Assembly (NCBI GenBank): GCA_965242865.1
Contig: CBDETK010000013.1
Span: forward strand, 1 to 64,000
DNA: 64,000 nt
Source of the DNA: Candidatus Latescibacterota bacterium
GTDB taxonomy: Bacteria > Latescibacterota > UBA2968 > UBA8231
Reading direction: 5' to 3'
The notes beneath the pieces are model-generated. The model made no database searches. It saw only the letters and a program-made list of their open reading frames with translations, and was not told where the DNA came from. The translations under genes were made by a program, and so were the position numbers. Of the stretch, positions 9,255 through 15,572 are shown piece by piece. The first letter of the stretch is position 1. Each line of letters starts with the position of its first letter.

Positions 9255-9455
9255 ATGAAGCGGATATTCGTACAAGTGGGTATCGCCCTCGTCGGCATGA
9301 TCGCTTGGCTCTTACCGAACCAAGCAAAGGCCGATTTCGACTGTAACGCAACGGTGGGAGGTATCTCCGTAACATGGTCATGCCGGGGGGATGACCAGTG
9401 CCACGTGAAAGTCATTCTCACTAATCCTCCCCACTTTATAGTTAGCTGTGTCTAG
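9255..9455 (+). CDS. Small secreted Cys-rich peptide (66 aa; Sec signal + 40-aa mature part with 4 Cys)
   Basis: RBS AGGAGGAG; signal MKRIFVQVGIALVGMIAWLLPNQAKA; mature DFDCNATVGGISVTWSCRGDDQCHVKVILTNPPHFIVSCV. Confidence 0.85.
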   Translation: MKRIFVQVGIALVGMIAWLLPNQAKADFDCNATVGGISVTWSCRGDDQCHVKVILTNPPHFIVSCV

Positions 9456-9460
9456 CAAAG

Positions 9461-9507
9461 ACAGAACGCAGGTAAGCAAGTGTTGAGCTTACATGCGTTC
9501 TGTTTAT
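9461..9507 (+). terminator. Stem-loop after peptide gene 2
   Basis: ACAGAACGCA-g-GTAAGC...GCTTAC-a-TGCGTTCTGT inverted repeat followed by TTAT. Confidence 0.6.
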
Positions 9508-9602
9508 ACTATAACGCATAACGCAAGTACGGTGCAGTTCCTTGATAGAGGGTTTAGGTATAATCGATAGCGATTAAAAATAAACCTAAAGAAGGTCAGA
9601 AA

Positions 9603-11102
9603 ATGATAAAAACCATCTGGAAAAAAGAGTTGCTAGAGCAGCTCACTAGTCGGCGCTTTATCTATTGTACCCTGATTATCGTGTCGCTTATATGGGTCGT
9701 CGGCCTGCTGCGAATAGCAAGTCACGAAAGGGCACAGACCGAGAAAGATCGAATCGTCGCAGAAACGGCCGACGCGCTCCGCGAGGTATATAAATACTCC
9801 AAATTGCAAACCCAAGTCGTTCGCACACCCAATCCCCTCGAAGTCTTTGACCGGGGCGTCACCGAGCAAAAGAGCTCGGTAGTGCCCATTGAGATATACG
9901 AAATACCCTACGTCACCGATCAGCACACCCTATCGGACACTGGCAATCCTTTACTCTCCATAATCGGTTCGTTTGATGTCGTTCACGTCGTCCAGATCTT
10001 TCTATCGTTGTTGGCCATTCTCTTTGCGTGTGAGTCCATTTCAGGCGAAAAAGAGGAAGGCACCCTAGCGCTGATGATGACGACGAACGTCTCCCGAGTA
10101 CAGATCGTGACCGGCAAACTCTTGAGCGGCATTACGCTCCTCAACATACCTATTTTCTTGGGCTTTCTCGGCCTCGCAATTTTTCTCATTGCTTCTGAGC
10201 ACGTCCGGCTTACAGGGGCCGATTGGCTAGGTCTCGTTGGGATTTGGCTGGCCTCCCTGTTTTACATCGCCATCTTCTACCTGATTGGCATGGCCATTTC
10301 GTGTTACACCCACAATACTTCAACCAGCATGATGTACAGTCTGTTCGTCTGGACCTTTTTGGTGATTGTCTTGCCGATCAGCACTGCGTTTTTCGTCAAT
10401 CAGCAGTTCCAGCGGCGAGTAGATGCCCAGCAAGCCGAGGCGATGGAAGACGAATTGTGGAACGAGTACGAAAAACGGGCTAACGGCTTGGTGCGCACGG
10501 CCGGGATGGGCGATACCTACCCGCCGCTACGCTTGATCAGTAATAGCTGGGGGGGGCGCGGCCCGAGTTTCCAGATCGGAGCGATTAAGAAGGACGCCCC
10601 CATCGCCGAATTCCTAGACATTCTGAGGGCCGGCGAGAACCTACGCCTCCAGTATGCCCAAAAAATTTGGCATGCTTGCAGTCCGCTTTGGGAAGGCCGG
10701 CCCCGGTCGCTCGCCCGCCTAAACGATCAGTTGCAAAGGATCGCGCCAGCCGGGGCCTATCTAGCGGTCACCGGCGGTTTGGCTGGTACGGATGCGGGGG
10801 TTTTCTACGATTTTATCCGTCAGGCTCGTCAGTACCGCGAGCAAATTTTGGACTATTTAAGGGCGTACGACGCATTCGGGAGCATGGCATTTATAGGTCA
10901 ACCTAGTTTTACAGACGAGGATAGAGCGGCTAAAAGAACCGCGCTCGACCTCAGCGGTCTTCCGGTCTTTATAGAGCACCGTGAGCCCCTCTCTCAACGG
11001 CTGGGCAGAATTGCGCCCGGCCTTCTCTCGCTGTTTATCTACGCGAGCCTAACTTGGCTGGCCGTAACCGGGCTTTTTGCTCGCTACGATGTCGTGAGGT
11101 GA
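9603..11102 (+). CDS. ABC-2-type transporter permease A2
   Basis: Closely similar to 5170..6717 (same ESISGEKEEGTLAL motif and C-terminal RYDV). Confidence 0.88.
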   Translation: MIKTIWKKELLEQLTSRRFIYCTLIIVSLIWVVGLLRIASHERAQTEKDRIVAETADALREVYKYSKLQTQVVRTPNPLEVFDRGVTEQKSSVVPIEIYEIPYVTDQHTLSDTGNPLLSIIGSFDVVHVVQIFLSLLAILFACESISGEKEEGTLALMMTTNVSRVQIVTGKLLSGITLLNIPIFLGFLGLAIFLIASEHVRLTGADWLGLVGIWLASLFYIAIFYLIGMAISCYTHNTSTSMMYSLFVWTFLVIVLPISTAFFVNQQFQRRVDAQQAEAMEDELWNEYEKRANGLVRTAGMGDTYPPLRLISNSWGGRGPSFQIGAIKKDAPIAEFLDILRAGENLRLQYAQKIWHACSPLWEGRPRSLARLNDQLQRIAPAGAYLAVTGGLAGTDAGVFYDFIRQARQYREQILDYLRAYDAFGSMAFIGQPSFTDEDRAAKRTALDLSGLPVFIEHREPLSQRLGRIAPGLLSLFIYASLTWLAVTGLFARYDVVR

Positions 11103-11109
11103 ACGCACC

Positions 11110-12579
11110 ATGCTGACGACGATTATCAAACGGGAATTTATCGCCCACATCCAGAGCCTGCGGTTCAGCTTGGTGCTGGTGCTGTGCGTTGGCTTGATGG
11201 TGCTCAATGCACTCGTCCTCGTCCACAGCACCTACCAATTCGAGCAAGACGCTTACATAGAAAACACCTCCCAGCAACACCAAAGGTTGCGCGATAACGG
11301 CGCGGCCGGTCTGTGGAAGCTCCTGCTCGCAGGGCCTGGGGTGCTTTATAAGCAACCTAGCGAATTGGCGTTTTGCGCTGGTTTCGCCGACAACAAGTTG
11401 CCAGACAAAGTAGAGGCCGAATCGAACCAGAACTATCTGATGTCAGATATTATCGGGGGTCCGCACGTTGATAAAAGTTGGTATTGGCCGTGGGTTTTAT
11501 CTTTTTCGGCCGAACTAAAGGATACTCCACTACTTTCCATCTTCATCACCGTTGACTGGGTCTTTATCATCGGCATCTTGCTGAGCTTGGCCGTCTTCCT
11601 GTTCACTCACGACGCCATTGTCGGCGAAAAGGAGAGCGGCACCCTCAAGCTGGTCATGGCCAACAGCCTGCCGCGCCATACGCTGCTGTGGGGCAAGTTC
11701 TGGGGCGCGATGATGGTGCTGCTCGGGGTGCTGTTCCTCAGCATAACCCTCAATCTGTTGATCGTCTTGATACTCGCCGGTCTGTCGCTGGATTCCTCCC
11801 ACGCCGGGCGCATCGCGGTCATGGTCTTGATCTCGGGGGGCTATCTGGCCGGCTGTACCGCGCTGGGGCTGCTCATATCGGCGCGTAGTGCTACTAGGCG
11901 GGGCAGTCTGACGGCGGTGCTCTTCGTCTGGGTGGGTATGGTTTTGCTATGGCCGCAGATGGGCAAGACCATCGCCGAGCTATTCCACGAAGAGGTACAT
12001 GAGTTAGAACACACCAAGTACGTGTACGAGCACGGCGACGGCTCGTTCACTTGGCATCCTATTCGGGGGCGCGCCTTCAATTTGGCCAACAAGGGCGATC
12101 GGCTCGATCCGACGTTTATCAAGGAGTTTTCGAGCGCGTTGCGAGAGGAACGGGCGCACCATCAAGAATTAGCAAACGCCTTGATGCGGCGTCGGGTACA
12201 ACAGGTCAATTTAGCCCAAAACATCGTCCGGGCCTCACCCATGGGCACCTACCAATACGCCATGGAGGCGATGGCGGGTACGGGCCTACCGCGCTATCGC
12301 CATTTCATCGATCAAGCGAGGAATTACGCCCAGCGTTTTGAGGAAACCCTGCTCGCCATCGATCGAGCCGACTGGCGCAGTTTGCACGTCCCGCTCGTAA
12401 AGAACGGGCTGTCCGCGCAAAAGGTAGCGTTGGAGCAAATACCCGTGTTTGCCGAAGACCTCTCGGCCGCGTCGTTGGCTGGCTCGGCCGTCGTCGATTT
12501 GGTCTTACTCGGCTTCTTCGCGGTATTCACCTATTTGGCCGCATACTTGGTCTGGCTGCGCTCGTCTATTGCCGACTAG
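11110..12579 (+). CDS. ABC-2-type transporter permease B2
   Basis: Closely similar to 6730..8199; same length (489 aa) and identical C-terminus. Confidence 0.88.
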   Translation: MLTTIIKREFIAHIQSLRFSLVLVLCVGLMVLNALVLVHSTYQFEQDAYIENTSQQHQRLRDNGAAGLWKLLLAGPGVLYKQPSELAFCAGFADNKLPDKVEAESNQNYLMSDIIGGPHVDKSWYWPWVLSFSAELKDTPLLSIFITVDWVFIIGILLSLAVFLFTHDAIVGEKESGTLKLVMANSLPRHTLLWGKFWGAMMVLLGVLFLSITLNLLIVLILAGLSLDSSHAGRIAVMVLISGGYLAGCTALGLLISARSATRRGSLTAVLFVWVGMVLLWPQMGKTIAELFHEEVHELEHTKYVYEHGDGSFTWHPIRGRAFNLANKGDRLDPTFIKEFSSALREERAHHQELANALMRRRVQQVNLAQNIVRASPMGTYQYAMEAMAGTGLPRYRHFIDQARNYAQRFEETLLAIDRADWRSLHVPLVKNGLSAQKVALEQIPVFAEDLSAASLAGSAVVDLVLLGFFAVFTYLAAYLVWLRSSIAD

Positions 12580-12662
12580 CGGTTCGTTCTGCGATCCGCT
12601 CATTTTTTATTTTTTTGTAACCTTTTTTTCGAATCATCCATTATTACTTATGAGAAGCGTTA
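12580..12662 (+). repeat. Second copy of the cassette intergenic/promoter region, truncated; contains TGTAAC-N17-CATT at 12616-12642
   Basis: Aligns to 8200..8282 (CGGTTCGTTCTGCGATCCGCT...TTATTACTTATGAGAAGCGTT), then similarity stops. Confidence 0.8.
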
Positions 12663-12666
12663 TTAT

Positions 12667-15300
12667 TTACAGGTCCTTGCCCAGCCCAGCGAAGACGCTG
12701 ATAAAGGTGAATAGCTTGGCCGACGCCGGGGCGGAGTCGAGGTCTTCGCGGGTCCAGCGCAGCCCGACATTGGTCGTCAGGGCATACCCCTGATAGGCCG
12801 ATTGGTTGGCTATTTGGCCGGCCAGCACCAGCGTGGTGCCGTCTTCTATAAACCCCTCGGGCTGCTCGCCCAGATTGTTGGCTATCTCGTATTCAACGCC
12901 CGCTGTAAAGCTCATGTTGCGGTTGATCGTGCGGCCGGCCAGCAGCGAGAAAATCTCCGTTAGATCGGACGTTTGCAACGCGCCCCGGTCCGCCGGCACG
13001 CGATTGCTGTATAGCTGCTTCCAGTTCAAGGTCAAATCCCAAGACCGCACGTGGAGCGGGTACTGGGCCTTGTTGATCACCCCGAGGAAGCGCTGGTTGT
13101 TCAACTCTTCAGCCGCCGACCCCAACTGGGTGTATTGATCGTACTTGACCTTGGTGGTAAACGAGATATAGCGGTCGTAGCGCACGTCTAAATACGTCGT
13201 GTTGACGAACGCATCGCGCGCCACGAGCAGGTCGCGCCTAAAACGCGCTTCCCCGAAGGTGCCGGGCGTATCGACCCACAAAAAGACGTGCTCGGGAATG
13301 TCGTCTGCAACCTTGCGCGGATTGACAATCAGCCGCACTTGCAGGTTGTAGCGGGGAAACTTTTCGCTCGCGGTCAGGAGCAGGTACGTGGTTGCGTTTT
13401 CGCGGGCGGTTTTCAGCAGACGCTCGTCGAGCCGACCGACCATGAGGGTTATGTCCGGCGCGACTTCAAGGCCTAGGTACGTGTTGTATCCCCGGTGCCC
13501 GCGCTTGTAGGGATAGTCTGCTTCGGCATCGTCTTCAAAGCGGTCGATGACCCCGTTGTTGTTCATGTCCATGCCAAAGAGGAAATCCGGGGGATCCACC
13601 TCAAAGCGCAGAAAAGGCTCGGCGTAGTCGGGCAAGCGGTTGAAGTTGCGGTTGAAATCCGAGAGATCGTCGTTGTTTTCGTCGATTCCGGGAAAGACTG
13701 CGCTGTCGGTCAGCAGCCCCACTCCTTGGCGGGTGTTGACGCGCGGGCCGTGGTAGCGCCGGGTCCAGTCCGGCAATTCGTCTTGATCGTCGTTGTCATC
13801 CACGAACTCGTACACACTTTGCTGTTCGTTGCCGTAGTACACCTCGCCCTCGGAATTTGGGATAAAGGCTTGGGTCGAGTATTCCGCGTCCATGCTAAAG
13901 GCTTCGGCGAAGATCGTCCATGGATAATGCCGCTTCTGCGCGGTTAGGTAAAAGGCGTCGGCCGCGTTGGTGGCTAGGGCTTGATCGCGGGTGAAGTTTT
14001 CGTTGGGAAAGCGGCGGTACTGGAAGTTCCGCACGTATTCTCCCTTCAGGTCAAAACCGGCCACATCGTTGATCGACAGGTCAAAGCCGAGCAGCCGGTT
14101 GCCCGTGGGCAGGCCGTAGCGAAAGGTATGAAAGGCTTGGTTGGCGCCGTCCTTGACGTTGCCCGGGGCGCGCAGCACGGTCAGGAACACTGGGGCGCCG
14201 AGTTGGTTGGTCTGTTTGTTGGAAGCGACCTCTACTTTGTAGTCGTTGGCCAGTACTAGGCCGATCTCCACGTGCTCAATCTCGCGGAAGTCGTCGATGT
14301 CGTCGTCGATGGTGGGCGCGAAGTCTTCGATGTTGAACGTGAGCGTTATTACGTCGGTGCCGCTCGCTTCAATTACGCCGCGGCGGCGAAAGCCGCCTTC
14401 CACCACGGGCTCGATGTCGTCGGTGTGCTCCACGCCATTGGCGAAAACGCGCCAGCGCGACAGCAACGCTCCGCCTTCGCCGTCTTCGGGCGAGTCGTCG
14501 GAAATGCGCACGATGATCGAGCGCACAAAGTCGTTGTTCATCGGGCCGCTGAGCTGGCCTTTGAGCGAATTGTCGCCAAAGGGAATGTTGGAATTTAGAT
14601 GGGCCGCATTGACAAACGTCAAGCCGATGTTGGAAAAGTCGCCGATGCTGACTTGGCCTTTGGCAGCCCACAGGTTGGTGAACGTGGTGAACTTCACCCC
14701 GGCCTCGCCGGCGACGCCCGCGACGACGCCGGCGTTGTTGATGCGCGAGGTGAGCAGGGTCAGGGCGTACTTGTCCGACATCATATCCCACTGGACGCCG
14801 TCGAAGCGCGGCTTGGAAAAGGTGAGCGGCGTCAGGGTGGTGCGGATGCCGTCGCCCACCATCAGGGAGGAGTGGAACTGCCCGGCGTGGCTAGAGGAGA
14901 TGAGGACGTTGCTAAACCACGAGCTAAAGCGCGGGCTTTTGAAGATGCTGCTGCCGCTCGCCGTGGGATAGTTTTCGGTCCAGTTGTACACCTGCCAACC
15001 TTGGCTGATGTACGAGCCGTAGATGTCGTAAAAGGGCGATCCTTCCAAGAAGACGTCGTTGTAGCGCTGGTAGGGATTGCGCGCGTAGTTGGAGTACTGG
15101 TCTTGCCGCCAGTCGTAGAGTTCGTACAGGCGCTGCGGCTGATACCACTTGCGCACCGAGGGAACCAAGGTTGAGGGCGCGACTTCGGTGGCTGAAGTGT
15201 AATAGGGATTGTCAAATCCGGTGGCGCGTTGAGCCGCGGATAGCTGCGGCGTGGCGAGGAGCAAACCCCAATAAAGCAATCGCATCGTTAGCTGTCTCAC
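12667..15300 (-). CDS. Large secreted, probable outer-membrane beta-barrel protein with acidic Ca-binding-like loops (paralog 1 of 3)
   Basis: Signal peptide; shared WYxPQxxY..WRQ..Y.NYAR.PY.RY..LEG..FYD.YG motif; DDNDDQD, DENNDDLSD and DMNNNGVID loops; alternating-hydrophobic C-terminal strands ending FISVFAGL. Paralogs at 37127 and 46969. Confidence 0.75.
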   Translation of the reverse strand: MRQLTMRLLYWGLLLATPQLSAAQRATGFDNPYYTSATEVAPSTLVPSVRKWYQPQRLYELYDWRQDQYSNYARNPYQRYNDVFLEGSPFYDIYGSYISQGWQVYNWTENYPTASGSSIFKSPRFSSWFSNVLISSSHAGQFHSSLMVGDGIRTTLTPLTFSKPRFDGVQWDMMSDKYALTLLTSRINNAGVVAGVAGEAGVKFTTFTNLWAAKGQVSIGDFSNIGLTFVNAAHLNSNIPFGDNSLKGQLSGPMNNDFVRSIIVRISDDSPEDGEGGALLSRWRVFANGVEHTDDIEPVVEGGFRRRGVIEASGTDVITLTFNIEDFAPTIDDDIDDFREIEHVEIGLVLANDYKVEVASNKQTNQLGAPVFLTVLRAPGNVKDGANQAFHTFRYGLPTGNRLLGFDLSINDVAGFDLKGEYVRNFQYRRFPNENFTRDQALATNAADAFYLTAQKRHYPWTIFAEAFSMDAEYSTQAFIPNSEGEVYYGNEQQSVYEFVDDNDDQDELPDWTRRYHGPRVNTRQGVGLLTDSAVFPGIDENNDDLSDFNRNFNRLPDYAEPFLRFEVDPPDFLFGMDMNNNGVIDRFEDDAEADYPYKRGHRGYNTYLGLEVAPDITLMVGRLDERLLKTARENATTYLLLTASEKFPRYNLQVRLIVNPRKVADDIPEHVFLWVDTPGTFGEARFRRDLLVARDAFVNTTYLDVRYDRYISFTTKVKYDQYTQLGSAAEELNNQRFLGVINKAQYPLHVRSWDLTLNWKQLYSNRVPADRGALQTSDLTEIFSLLAGRTINRNMSFTAGVEYEIANNLGEQPEGFIEDGTTLVLAGQIANQSAYQGYALTTNVGLRWTREDLDSAPASAKLFTFISVFAGLGKDL

Positions 15301-15521
15301 GTCCTCCCTCCCACAGGGTTGGTCGGTTTGGCTCGACGCTCAAAGGTGAGCGTTAGAATGTTGGCGCTTTGCTCGGCGCGTTCAATTTTCATGGCGACGA
15401 GGTTCCCTTGTTTATCGAGATCGATGTGGATGTTCTCGCACAACTTGCGGGTCTCGGCGACGCGCTTTTCGGTGAATTCGATAAACGCGGTGTCCGTATC
15501 TTCAAAGTAGTTGATCTTCAT
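15297..15521 (-). CDS. DUF2283-like small protein (putative antitoxin, no adjacent toxin)
   Basis: MKINYFEDTDTAFIEF...IHIDLDKQGNLVAMKIE pattern; stop overlaps the start of the downstream gene. Confidence 0.75.
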   Translation of the reverse strand: MKINYFEDTDTAFIEFTEKRVAETRKLCENIHIDLDKQGNLVAMKIERAEQSANILTLTFERRAKPTNPVGGRT

Positions 15522-15572
15522 AGTGCGATGGCTGGTTGTAATGTCGGACGCATGTTGAACGACAACCTCGGT

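Noticed and set aside
12449-12793. 114-aa ORF spanning the island boundary
   Set aside because: It overlaps permease B2 out of frame and the convergent gene; it only reads through the duplicated promoter region.
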